From an uncultured Eubacteriales bacterium (lineage in GTDB: Bacteria; Bacillota; Clostridia; Christensenellales; UBA1242): DNA of 64,000 bases. The stretch spans positions 21,107-85,106 of the forward strand of contig CAPRTS010000003.1 in NCBI GenBank assembly GCA_948695535.1, read 5' to 3'. Below are positions 37,631 through 46,681 of the stretch, piece after piece. Position numbers and translations under genes: made by a program. How positions within the stretch are numbered: the first letter of the stretch is position 1; each line of letters opens with the position of its first letter. The notes below the pieces were generated by a model. That model was not told where the DNA came from. It saw only the letters and a program-made list of their open reading frames with translations, and made no database searches.

Positions 37631-39151
37631 ATGGAAGTAATTTATGATAATTTGGCCGGGCAAGAATTGGTAATGGTGGATAACGTACAACTGAAATCCG
37701 AACACAAAACCGAGTTACCGACTAACGCAAAAAAAGTAATGGGAGTAAATTGCCAAGTATTGGCGCAAACCAGTACAGTACAAGATAACGAAGTTACCAT
37801 AGGTGGCAATTTGGTAATGCGTTTGGTGTTTATCAATGAACTAGACAAGTATGACAGCCAAGATATTGTGCAACCTTTTGAAAAGAAAATAACGGTTAAG
37901 GATTTGACGGGAATTACTAACGTTGCGGGTGAGACGCAAATAACGTCGTGTCAATGGGCTATTCAAGAAAATGCTTTACAAGTAACAGTAATTCTCGAGG
38001 TAGCCATTAGTGGTGTTAAAGAAAAGAATACTCGTTTGGTTAGCGATTTAGCCGGGGAAGTGGAAGTCCGTAAGTTAGAACAAAAAATTTTGACTTTTAA
38101 TGCTTTATTGGCTGATCAATTTACTATTGAAGATCAAATTGAATTGGATAGTAATTGCGAAGGTGTTTTGGGCGTTGATGCTAATGCTTTCGTTAAAGAT
38201 GTTGCCGCCAGTGATGGTAAAGTAACAATTAAAGGTGTAGTAGCCGTTAATGTCATGGGGGTTAAAACCGTAGACAGTAGCAGTGAACCTTATAATACCG
38301 TGCACGAAATTGATTTTGCTAAGTCCTTAGTGGTGACTGGCACTACCGCTGAAGATTTGGCAACGGGAACAGCCAAGATTAATGGCGTAACTATGCACAT
38401 CGAAAGTGGTAATAAAGGTTCAGTACTGGTTTTGAAAATTGATTTGCAATTCCGTGGCTGTTCTTATGTTTATAGAGATTGTCAATCGGTAGTCGATGCT
38501 ATTTCTTTTGATAAAGAATTGGCCTTTGAAACTTCACAATTTGAACACGTTGAAATTTTGCCACAAGTCAATACGACTGTGGATCTAGAAAACAACATGA
38601 ATTTACCGGCAACGATGCCTTATGTTGCCCGCGTCTTAGCGGTAGATGGGGTAAAGGTTAACAATTTAGAAATCAACGCAACTGATGGTAAAGCCGTTAT
38701 AACTGGGGTTTTAGTAGCCAACGTTTTAGTTGAAAACGAGGAACACTTATCCAGCAATTACGTGGCCGAAGCACCTTTCCAAACGCACGTGCGTTGGGAT
38801 GCTTTAGATGGTGAATACCAAGTTACTGCTGCGGTTGTCCCGTTGTTAATGAATGTGAAAGCACGTCGTGGGGTAGAATTGTTGCTTGATGCCAAATTGG
38901 GTATTTCTCTACAAGCACGTACCAACAAAGTCACGACCATGGTTACCGCAGTTGTAATTGGTAAGGATAAAACCGACGATGGCAGTGCAATTCGCATCTA
39001 CATTATTGGTGACAAAGAAAACCTTTGGGATTTAGCGAAGCGTACCAATTTAAGTTGTGCTGAACTGTTGAAACAAAACCCTAATTTAGAAAATGGTTGT
39101 ACTCCCGGAGAACGTATTGTTGTTTATCGACACGAAAAAGTGGCTTTATAA
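37631..39151 (+). CDS. DUF3794 (SPOCS) domain protein with C-terminal LysM
   Basis: Repeated beta-rich SPOCS-like modules. C-terminal LysM YIIGDKENLWDLAKRTNLSCAELLKQNP. Confidence 0.75.
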   Translation: MEVIYDNLAGQELVMVDNVQLKSEHKTELPTNAKKVMGVNCQVLAQTSTVQDNEVTIGGNLVMRLVFINELDKYDSQDIVQPFEKKITVKDLTGITNVAGETQITSCQWAIQENALQVTVILEVAISGVKEKNTRLVSDLAGEVEVRKLEQKILTFNALLADQFTIEDQIELDSNCEGVLGVDANAFVKDVAASDGKVTIKGVVAVNVMGVKTVDSSSEPYNTVHEIDFAKSLVVTGTTAEDLATGTAKINGVTMHIESGNKGSVLVLKIDLQFRGCSYVYRDCQSVVDAISFDKELAFETSQFEHVEILPQVNTTVDLENNMNLPATMPYVARVLAVDGVKVNNLEINATDGKAVITGVLVANVLVENEEHLSSNYVAEAPFQTHVRWDALDGEYQVTAAVVPLLMNVKARRGVELLLDAKLGISLQARTNKVTTMVTAVVIGKDKTDDGSAIRIYIIGDKENLWDLAKRTNLSCAELLKQNPNLENGCTPGERIVVYRHEKVAL

Positions 39152-41170
39152 GCGCGGTTTGAATCCACGTAACGTTAGCGCGTTAGCAACCACACATAAA
39201 GACGATAAACTCATGGCTAAGGAAGCGAACATGGGATTCAAAGCTAAATGTAACCACGGATACAAAACGCCTGCTGCCAAAGGGATACACAAAGCGTTAT
39301 AGAAAAACGCCCAAAATAAACTGAGTTTGATATTGGTGATGGTGCGATGACCTAGTTGCAGTGCTGTCACTAAATCGTTTAAGGAATTTTTAATTAACAC
39401 CATACCTGCTGCATCCATTGCAATATCCGTGCCACTGCCGATTGCCACCCCAACGTGGGCGGCTTTCAAGGCGGGGGAGTCATTGATGCCGTCGCCAACC
39501 ATCAACACGCGACGGCCTTTGGCTTTTAAGTTTTCAACGTGTTGGTACTTTTCGGCAGGAAGAACATTAGCAATGATTTTACTAATTCCCACACTGCGGG
39601 CAAAGGCAGCGGCCGTTGCGGTATTGTCGCCAGTTAACATAATAACGTCCAGTCCCAGGGCACGCAAGTGCTTGATAGCGGTAATACTGTCGGGACGTAA
39701 GGTATCCGCTAAGGCAATAATACCCAGTAATTTATCCTCAGTCGCGCAAATAATTGGGGTTTGACCTTGGGCAGCATATTCTTGGGTTAAAGCATCGGCG
39801 CGAGTTTTGTCTGCGTTATGCAAATAAGGAGCAACAAATTTAGCATTCCCAACGTATAAATTGCGACCGCCAATTTGAGCCTTGGCACCCCGGCCTGGTA
39901 TTTCGGTAAAATTGCGGGCTTCTAAGTAACTACCTTGTTGTTGCGTAAAGTGGTTGACAATTGCTTTAGCCAATGGGTGTTGACTGTAACGTTCAATACT
40001 GGCACAAAATTGTAATAAGTTAATGCTGGACAAATTATTCTGTAAGGGACGCACGGCAGTAACGGTTAATTCGCCCGTGGTGATAGTGCCGGTTTTATCT
40101 AACACAATGGTATTGATGTGGGCTAGGGTCTCTAAGTTTTCGGCGTCTTTAATTAAAATACCGTGCTCAGCAGCTTTGCCGGTGGCTACCATGATGGCTA
40201 GTGGAGTAGCCAAACCTAACGCACAGGGACAAGATATAACCAGTACGCTGATGGCAAAATTAAACGCGGTGGCAAAGTCGCGCCCGACGCTCCACCAAAT
40301 AATAAAAGTTACCAAAGCAATGACGATAACGATGGGTACAAATACGCCACTTACGCGGTCTGCGATTTTGGCAATAGGGGCTTGGGAGTTACTGGCTTTC
40401 TCAACTAGCGTAACAATTTGCGCCAAAGTAGTGTCCGCACCGACCTTGGTGGCACGGCAGGTGAAAGTGCCGTCTTGGTTAGTAGTGGCGGAAATAACCA
40501 TATCCCCAACTGTTTTAGTTACGGGTAAACTTTCACCAGTAATAACAGCTTGGTTTAATAACCCGTGGCCAGTAATTATTTCCGCGTCAACCGGAACTAT
40601 ATCGCCAGGGCGGATCATTATGATGTCACCCACTTGCAAGTCACTTACTGCTATGGTTCGCTGTTGGCCATCTATCATGACGGTACAAGTTTTAGGAGCC
40701 AGTTGTACCAATTTGTTAATCTCATTACTGGTCTTAATTTTGGCACGGTGTTCAAAATACTTGCCTAAGGAAACCAGAGTTACAATTGTGGCGCTACCTT
40801 CAAAATATAACGCATGTATTGTTGGGTCAGTAAATATTAACAGGACAATTACGATAATGCCGTAAAAGTAAGCAGCGCTGGCACCAATGGCCACCAAAGT
40901 ATCCATATTGGGAACCCCCTTAAACAATGCCTTAAAGCCGCGGGAAAAGAAGTGAAAATTAACTACTAAAATAGCAGTTGTTAAAACTAACTGGATTAAA
41001 GCCACCCACAACAAGTGCCTCGTTAAGTGCATAGTACTCATTGCGATGACCATCAACGGCACTAATAATACCAACGAAATAAGTAGTTGGCGTAATTCTT
41101 TTTTTAGGGTAAGACGCTGCTGGTCAATTACTGACACTGGCGTCGGTGGCCGTTCGCTCGCTGGCGCCAT
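39146..41170 (-). CDS. copA: copper-translocating P-type ATPase core (no in-frame metal-binding domain)
   Basis: CPCALGLATP, DKTGTITTG, TGDN and GDGINDSPAL motifs. The frame is open up to 41230 and the first ATG is at 41170. The frame overlaps the upstream HMA ORF. Confidence 0.85.
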   Translation of the reverse strand: MAPASERPPTPVSVIDQQRLTLKKELRQLLISLVLLVPLMVIAMSTMHLTRHLLWVALIQLVLTTAILVVNFHFFSRGFKALFKGVPNMDTLVAIGASAAYFYGIIVIVLLIFTDPTIHALYFEGSATIVTLVSLGKYFEHRAKIKTSNEINKLVQLAPKTCTVMIDGQQRTIAVSDLQVGDIIMIRPGDIVPVDAEIITGHGLLNQAVITGESLPVTKTVGDMVISATTNQDGTFTCRATKVGADTTLAQIVTLVEKASNSQAPIAKIADRVSGVFVPIVIVIALVTFIIWWSVGRDFATAFNFAISVLVISCPCALGLATPLAIMVATGKAAEHGILIKDAENLETLAHINTIVLDKTGTITTGELTVTAVRPLQNNLSSINLLQFCASIERYSQHPLAKAIVNHFTQQQGSYLEARNFTEIPGRGAKAQIGGRNLYVGNAKFVAPYLHNADKTRADALTQEYAAQGQTPIICATEDKLLGIIALADTLRPDSITAIKHLRALGLDVIMLTGDNTATAAAFARSVGISKIIANVLPAEKYQHVENLKAKGRRVLMVGDGINDSPALKAAHVGVAIGSGTDIAMDAAGMVLIKNSLNDLVTALQLGHRTITNIKLSLFWAFFYNALCIPLAAGVLYPWLHLALNPMFASLAMSLSSLCVVANALTLRGFKPRL

Positions 41171-41357
41171 AACCAATACTGGTGACCTTGTCAATAATTG
41201 CTTGTGGGGTGATACGGTCGTCAAAATCAACAGTCATGGTCGCGGAAACCAAGTTAACATTAACTTTGCGGACACCCTTCATTTTCTTTACCGTTTTTTG
41301 TATGTTTTGTTGACAACCGGCACAAACCATACCGGTAACATTAAATTCTTTTTCCAT
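41124..41357 (-). CDS. copZ: heavy-metal-associated (HMA) copper chaperone-like domain protein
   Basis: MEKEFNVTGMVCAGCQQNIQKTV... carries the GMxCxxC motif. Ends in a frame offset by 1 nt from the ATPase frame. Confidence 0.8.
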   Translation of the reverse strand: MEKEFNVTGMVCAGCQQNIQKTVKKMKGVRKVNVNLVSATMTVDFDDRITPQAIIDKVTSIGYGASERTATDASVSN

Positions 41358-41363
41358 ATCTTT

Positions 41364-41391
41364 ATTATATTGCCGAAATTTTTTTTGGCAA
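41364..41391 (-). promoter_or_regulatory. promoter of copZ/copA, predicted leaderless
   Basis: On the minus strand: TTGCCA (41391-41386), N16, TATAAT (41369-41364), N6, ATG 41357. The spacer forms an imperfect inverted repeat TTGCCGAAA / TTTTGGCAA. Confidence 0.5.
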
Positions 41392-41406
41392 ATCCTTTTA
41401 TCTATA

Positions 41407-41435
41407 TTGACAAATATCGCAAATTTTGGTAGCAT
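41407..41435 (+). promoter_or_regulatory. putative promoter of the giant coiled-coil gene
   Basis: TTGACA (41407-41412), N17, TGgTAGCAT (hexamer 41430-41435). A short leader carries a GGGGA SD-like element before ATG 41460. Confidence 0.4.
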
Positions 41436-41459
41436 TATACTTAATAATAGGGGAAAAAT

Positions 41460-44400
41460 ATGGAGAAATTTTTATTAAATCCTTTAACGAACGAAAATGG
41501 ACAGCCAAACGCTTGGGCATGGGCCTTATGCATTATTGCGGCAGTAATTGTTTTTGCTACCATTATGGTGTTGATTTGGCAATTATATGGTCGTTATAAA
41601 AAACGTCGTCAAGCCCAAGAAATTGCTAATGCACAACCGGTGACGGAAACACCAGAAGTTGAACCCGGTCAATTTGAAAAGCGCATTGATGATACGGAAT
41701 TGCAATATTATGATCAAGATAAGGCCAAGGAAGAGGAAGCCCGAATTCAGGCTTTGTTGGTTGAAGAAGAAAAACAACGTAAGGATTTGGAAGCCAAAGA
41801 ACGTGAATTAGAATTAAAACAACAACGCGAAGAAGAAGAACGTTTAGAACGCGAACGGTTGTCTGCGGAACGTGAAGCCGAAAAAGAAAGACAACGTGAA
41901 GAAAAGGAACGGGCTAAAGCGGACAAAGAAGCCGCTAAACAAGCCCGCAAAAACCGTAATAAAGAAGCAAATTTCTTCGCTGATTATGACGACGAAGAAA
42001 CGGCCGATGCTTTCAATGCTCGTGATGATGAACCAGTAGTGAATTTCTGGGCAGATGCGCAAAACGACAATAAGCCGGCAGAAAATAAGGTTGTAGAACC
42101 CGTAGTCGCAACTGACCCACGCTTAGAACAAGTTTTGGCGGAATTAGAAAATCAAAAACAGGCGGAACAAGACAAGTTTGCCAGTTTAATGGCTGAATTG
42201 GAAAACCAAAAGCAAGAAACTGCACGTTTGAAAGACGAATTGGACGCTAAACAAAAAGCTGACGATGCGATTGCGCAAGCAAAAAAAGAAATGGAACAAA
42301 TGATTAAAGATAGCCAAACGCAAATGGATAACATCGCTGAACAAAAGAATATTAAAAACGCTGATCAAGATTTATTAAACGAAATTAAAAACATTATGGC
42401 GGCGGAACGTGAGTCGCAAGAAAAACGCTTGCGTGAACAAGAAAACAGTTTGGCGGCCGTTTTGGCGGCTATGGAAGACGAACGTCGTGCCAAAGAAGAA
42501 AATCAACGTAATGCGCAACAAGAAGCCCAAAAGGAAGATGAATTTGTTAAATTGCAAAACCAATACCAAGACGCGATTGCGCAAATGCAAGACAAATTTC
42601 AACAAATGTTGAATGACGCGAACGCTCAAAAAATTGATAACGCTGCCAGTGTGGAAAACGCTTACCAAGCCCAATTGGAACGTGAACGTGCCGAAACGGC
42701 AACCTTAATTGAACAAATGCAACGCGAAGTTGACAAAATGAACGCTGAGCGTGAAGCCGAACGTCGCGAATACGAAGCCAAGCAAAAAGAGCTTAACGCG
42801 GCAATGGAAGATGCTTTACGCACGCAAAGAGTTGAATTTGATCAAGCACAACAACAAGCCAATAACCAAAATTTAGAGAAGATTTTGCAAGATATGGAAA
42901 ACCAACGTGCGCAAGAACAAGAAATGTTTGCCAATATTTTGAACGAAATTGCGGCTGGCCGCGAAGATACTAATCAAGCCAAGGCGGCTATGGAACAAAT
43001 GGTTCGGGAAAGCGAAGCACGCATTGATAAATTGGAACAACAAACGGCTCGTGGTTTGGATGAAGAAAGTTTGGCGGCTTTGCGTGAAGTACTGGCGGCA
43101 GAACGTGCAGATCAGGAAAAATTGTTAGCACAATACCAAGAAGAAGTAGCCACTTTGCGTGAAACAATTATTGCTAACCAAAATGATAATCCAAATGGTG
43201 ATGGTAACCAAATGGTTTATACGGCTCGTGACCCCGAGGCTGACGCGGAAATGATGGCACAAATTGAAGCCATGCAAAACGAAATTCGTAAAATGTCGGC
43301 GGATAAGGAAGCCGAAAAGGACGCTTATGAACAACGTCATGCCGAATTATTGGACGCTTTGAACCGTACCATTGTTACGGGGGAAAACGCACAAACGCAG
43401 GAAACGCAATTAGCAGAACAAGAAAGTGTCGATCGTATTTTGCAAGATATTGAAGCCCAAAAACAAATGGAACAAGAACGTTTTGCTAATATTATGAATG
43501 AACTGGCGGAAAGTCGCGAAGACACTAAGAAAGCGCAAGAAGCGATGCAACAACTGATTCAAGAAAGCAGTGACTTGATTAACCAATTAAGTAGTAAAAA
43601 CGAAGTGCGGGGTGTTGACGACGAAACCTTAGCGGCCTTAAAGGATGTTTTGGCGGCGGAACGTGAGGCCCAAGAAAAGCGCTTGGCGGAAAACGAAGAA
43701 AACTTACGCATGGTGGTGGCGGCGATTGAAGAACAGCAACAATATTTGACCGAAGAGCAAAATAAGCAGGCTGAATACGAAAAAACTATTGCTGACTTAC
43801 GCGCTAAGTACGAAGCCGAAATGGCGGAACTACGTAATGATTTATCGGCTAAAACCGCCGAAGTAGATAACTTGCAACAAGAATTGGCCAAAGATGATGA
43901 GGTTGCGGAAATTGCCGATAACAATAACACGGAAACCGTCACAGTAACTGATGGTGATGCTGACGATAATGATGATACTGCTAAGCAAGTGGAATATAAT
44001 GAGGAGGACGAAGTGATTAACGAAGAAGTTTTGGCGCAGTTAGCCAAGATGCAAGAGGAAATCGAAAAATTGGAAAAGGAACGTGAAGCCGAACGTGCCG
44101 AATTTGAAAGAAAGTATGACGAATTAAACAAAGTGCTGGACGACTCCTTAAAAGTGCAACGACTGGAAATGGAACTGGCCAAAGAAAAAGAAGTCAATGA
44201 ATTAAAAATGCAACAGGCCTTGGACGCGCAACGTGCGGAAATCGAAGCCGCCAAAGAGAAAGAATTAGCGGAACAACGTCGGGCTTTGGTTGAAGAAAAA
44301 GGTAACGATAACGAACAAACTAATGCCATCTTGGCGGAATTTAAGGACGAAATTAATCGTCAATACGAAGATTTCTTGGCTTTATTAAACAACAAAAAGG

Positions 44401-45785
44401 CCGAAGAAGAAAACGCTAAGAATGAATACGATGCTTTATTGGCTCAGTCTGGTGATGACAACAAACAAGATATTCAAGAAATGTTGGAACAATTACGTGA
44501 AGAACGCAAGGCTGCTCGTGAAGAAGCCCAAGCATTGCGTGAGGAATTAGAAGCTCAACGGATTGAAAGCGAAGCTAAATTGATGAAACAATTGTCCGAA
44601 GTTAAAGAAGGTTTGGTCAACGAATTATCCAGCGAATTGGAAATTAAAGAAAAATTTGACTCTTTGGAACAAGAAGTCGAAAACCATAACCAAGAAAAAT
44701 TAAAACAGAATGAAGCCGAAGAAGCCCGTATTAAACAAGAGTACGAAGAATACAAACAAAAAATTGCGGACGAAGTAATGGCTTTGGAAGAAAAGAACGC
44801 GGCTTTACAAGCGGAGTTAGAAAAAACTCGCCAAGAACAAGCCCAAGGCGATGAAGCCAAGCAAGCGGAATACGAAGAAAACGAAAGACGTTTGCGCGAG
44901 AAATATATGCAATTGCGTAGCGAACTGATGAAAGAAGCCCAACAAGTTTCTAAACAAACTGAGGAAATCGAAGCGGAAAAACGTGCGATTGAAGACAAGA
45001 AACGCGATTTGGAAGAAGAAAAAACTCGTTTGCAAAACGAAGTTGAAATGCTGAAACAACAAGTTTTGGAAATTAAAACTCAAGATGATGGCCAAGGTGA
45101 ACAAGTAACGGAAGAACAATTGGCTTTGGTGCGCGAACAACTGGAAACTGAGTATAAGAACCGCGAAAAAGAAATGTTGGATAAATTGGAACAAGAAAAA
45201 CAAGCCTTAGTGGCGCGTGAAGCCCAATTAAAATTAAAAGAAACCAATATTGAACGCGAAGAAGAACGCATCAAGGAACAATCTATGGCGGTCACCACGA
45301 TGATTACTAATCGCGAATACACTAAGGAAGAACGCGAGCGTTTGGTTCTGGATTACACTTTGAAATTGCAAGATTTGGAAGAACGTTTGAAACAAAACGA
45401 GAAGGCCTTGCGTGAAAATAATCGTGAATTCATCCCCTTGCGCCGTATTAAAAATACCTTAGATCGTGATATGCGCTTGTTACGTAAACGCGAAGCCATA
45501 GTTGCCAAGCAAGAAGTGTTGGTATATGGTGTTAACAACATCTCGACAGTTGATCCCGAAAAAATTAAAAAGTTGGAACAAGATATTAAGCAATTAACTG
45601 GTTTGCAACAAAGTGTAGCGAACTGCGAAACGATCTTGAATAAAAACAAAGACCGTTATCCAACTTTGGAAAATTTGGATAAAGTATTACGAGCCCAAAA
45701 CGAACAAATTCGTAACGATTTGGAAGAAGTCAAGGCAGCCATGGCCATGTTTGGCGATAACGGGGAAAACGGCGAACAAAAATAA
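41460..45785 (+). CDS. giant (1441 aa) membrane-anchored coiled-coil protein, unknown family
   Basis: Uninterrupted 4326-nt ORF. One N-terminal TM helix (WAWALCIIAAVIVFATIMVLIWQLY) followed by RYKKRRQ. About 1390 aa are E/K/Q/A/R-rich with three D/N-rich linkers. No NTPase or enzyme motifs seen. Confidence 0.85.
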   Translation: MEKFLLNPLTNENGQPNAWAWALCIIAAVIVFATIMVLIWQLYGRYKKRRQAQEIANAQPVTETPEVEPGQFEKRIDDTELQYYDQDKAKEEEARIQALLVEEEKQRKDLEAKERELELKQQREEEERLERERLSAEREAEKERQREEKERAKADKEAAKQARKNRNKEANFFADYDDEETADAFNARDDEPVVNFWADAQNDNKPAENKVVEPVVATDPRLEQVLAELENQKQAEQDKFASLMAELENQKQETARLKDELDAKQKADDAIAQAKKEMEQMIKDSQTQMDNIAEQKNIKNADQDLLNEIKNIMAAERESQEKRLREQENSLAAVLAAMEDERRAKEENQRNAQQEAQKEDEFVKLQNQYQDAIAQMQDKFQQMLNDANAQKIDNAASVENAYQAQLERERAETATLIEQMQREVDKMNAEREAERREYEAKQKELNAAMEDALRTQRVEFDQAQQQANNQNLEKILQDMENQRAQEQEMFANILNEIAAGREDTNQAKAAMEQMVRESEARIDKLEQQTARGLDEESLAALREVLAAERADQEKLLAQYQEEVATLRETIIANQNDNPNGDGNQMVYTARDPEADAEMMAQIEAMQNEIRKMSADKEAEKDAYEQRHAELLDALNRTIVTGENAQTQETQLAEQESVDRILQDIEAQKQMEQERFANIMNELAESREDTKKAQEAMQQLIQESSDLINQLSSKNEVRGVDDETLAALKDVLAAEREAQEKRLAENEENLRMVVAAIEEQQQYLTEEQNKQAEYEKTIADLRAKYEAEMAELRNDLSAKTAEVDNLQQELAKDDEVAEIADNNNTETVTVTDGDADDNDDTAKQVEYNEEDEVINEEVLAQLAKMQEEIEKLEKEREAERAEFERKYDELNKVLDDSLKVQRLEMELAKEKEVNELKMQQALDAQRAEIEAAKEKELAEQRRALVEEKGNDNEQTNAILAEFKDEINRQYEDFLALLNNKKAEEENAKNEYDALLAQSGDDNKQDIQEMLEQLREERKAAREEAQALREELEAQRIESEAKLMKQLSEVKEGLVNELSSELEIKEKFDSLEQEVENHNQEKLKQNEAEEARIKQEYEEYKQKIADEVMALEEKNAALQAELEKTRQEQAQGDEAKQAEYEENERRLREKYMQLRSELMKEAQQVSKQTEEIEAEKRAIEDKKRDLEEEKTRLQNEVEMLKQQVLEIKTQDDGQGEQVTEEQLALVREQLETEYKNREKEMLDKLEQEKQALVAREAQLKLKETNIEREEERIKEQSMAVTTMITNREYTKEERERLVLDYTLKLQDLEERLKQNEKALRENNREFIPLRRIKNTLDRDMRLLRKREAIVAKQEVLVYGVNNISTVDPEKIKKLEQDIKQLTGLQQSVANCETILNKNKDRYPTLENLDKVLRAQNEQIRNDLEEVKAAMAMFGDNGENGEQK
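42123..44175 (+). repeat. three divergent tandem super-repeats (modules A and B) inside the coiled-coil CDS
   Basis: Module A starts at 42123, 42873 and 43428 (L-Q-D-hydrophobic-E-x-Q+..EQ..FA.. then L.A/E..+..AAER..QEK.L). Module B starts at 42708, 43263 and 44040 (MQ.E+.K...+EAE+..+E.+..EL). Confidence 0.7.
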
Positions 45786-46183
45786 TGCGCTGTTTAGGAA
45801 TTGATTATGGCAGACGTAGAATTGGGTTGGCATTGTCCGACCCAACTTTACTTATTGCTTCGCCATTGGCTGTTATTGAAAATCGCGGTATTAAGAAAAC
45901 CACTGCGCAAATTTTGGCGATGATGGAGCAATACGCAGTTGGGCAGATTGTGGTGGGTTTGCCCTTACACGCTAACGGTGACGAAAGTGAAATGTCGCGG
46001 GAAGCACGGCAATTTGGTCAGTTTTTTGCCGATTTAGGTTTCCCCGTGACATGGGTTGACGAACGATATACTTCGCTTACGGCAGAAGAGATGATTGGCA
46101 AGAACCCGCGCCGTAAAGAATTAGTTGACAAAGTGGCGGCTTCCATTATACTACAAATGTATCTTGATGAAAGGAGAAAGTAG
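45785..46183 (+). CDS. ruvX: putative pre-16S rRNA nuclease / Holliday junction resolvase-like YqgF
   Basis: MRCLGIDYGRRRIGLALSDP...VVGLPLHANGDESE...DERYTS. TAATG overlap with the upstream stop. Confidence 0.85.
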   Translation: MRCLGIDYGRRRIGLALSDPTLLIASPLAVIENRGIKKTTAQILAMMEQYAVGQIVVGLPLHANGDESEMSREARQFGQFFADLGFPVTWVDERYTSLTAEEMIGKNPRRKELVDKVAASIILQMYLDERRK

Positions 46184-46186
46184 TAG

Positions 46187-46375
46187 ATGAAGGCAAAAAT
46201 TACGAATACCTGTATCTGTTGTGGTACTTGTGCGGCAATTTGTCCGGTTGCGGCGATTAGTTTAGCTCCAACTGGTGACAAATACCAGGTTGATCCGCAG
46301 AAATGCATTGGTTGTGGCGCGTGCATTAACGCTTGCCCGGTTGAGGCAATTGTGGCGGATAAGGAAGCTAAGTAA
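46187..46375 (+). CDS. 2x[4Fe-4S] ferredoxin
   Basis: CICCGTCAAICP and CIGCGACINACP cluster motifs in 62 aa, with a GGAGA SD. Confidence 0.85.
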   Translation: MKAKITNTCICCGTCAAICPVAAISLAPTGDKYQVDPQKCIGCGACINACPVEAIVADKEAK

Positions 46376-46662
46376 TGTTTTACGAAAGTACTTTGGAAAA
46401 ATTGTTGGATCCCAACAATACGGATACTATTGAATTGCAACCGATGGGGGGCGAAAAAGTTCAGTTTGAGCAAATTGCGGTAGTAAATTATGAAAGAGCA
46501 CTATACGCTATTATGCGTCCATTAGAATTGAAAGAAGAACAAGTGGTTGTCTTCCGTTTAGACGAAAATGATGAAGAAAGTTTGGAACTGATTGACGACG
46601 AAAATTTAGCACAAAAAGTTTTGGAGGTATACAAAAATGACAGCGAAGAAACTGATGAATAA
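46375..46662 (+). CDS. DUF1292 family protein
   Basis: FEQIAVVNYERALYAIMRP...VVVFRLDENDEESLELIDDE is the typical DUF1292 pattern. Conserved position after ruvX in Bacillota. Confidence 0.75.
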   Translation: MFYESTLEKLLDPNNTDTIELQPMGGEKVQFEQIAVVNYERALYAIMRPLELKEEQVVVFRLDENDEESLELIDDENLAQKVLEVYKNDSEETDE

Positions 46663-46681
46663 GGAAGTTATTTGGCATGCA

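Noticed and set aside
40023-40865. 280-aa plus-strand ORF opposite copA.
   Set aside because: The minus strand carries every P-type ATPase signature (CPC, DKTGT, GDGIND). The plus-strand product is low-complexity with no start context.
41583-45649. Many long antisense ORFs inside the giant coiled-coil gene, for example 43559-44329 (256 aa, Ser-rich), 44555-44998 and 44817-45203.
   Set aside because: They mirror the GAA/AAG/GCN-rich sense codons, since antisense TTC/CTT/NGC gives F/S/L/A-rich stop-poor frames. They have low-complexity composition and no promoter or SD. The sense frame is a single 4326-nt ORF.
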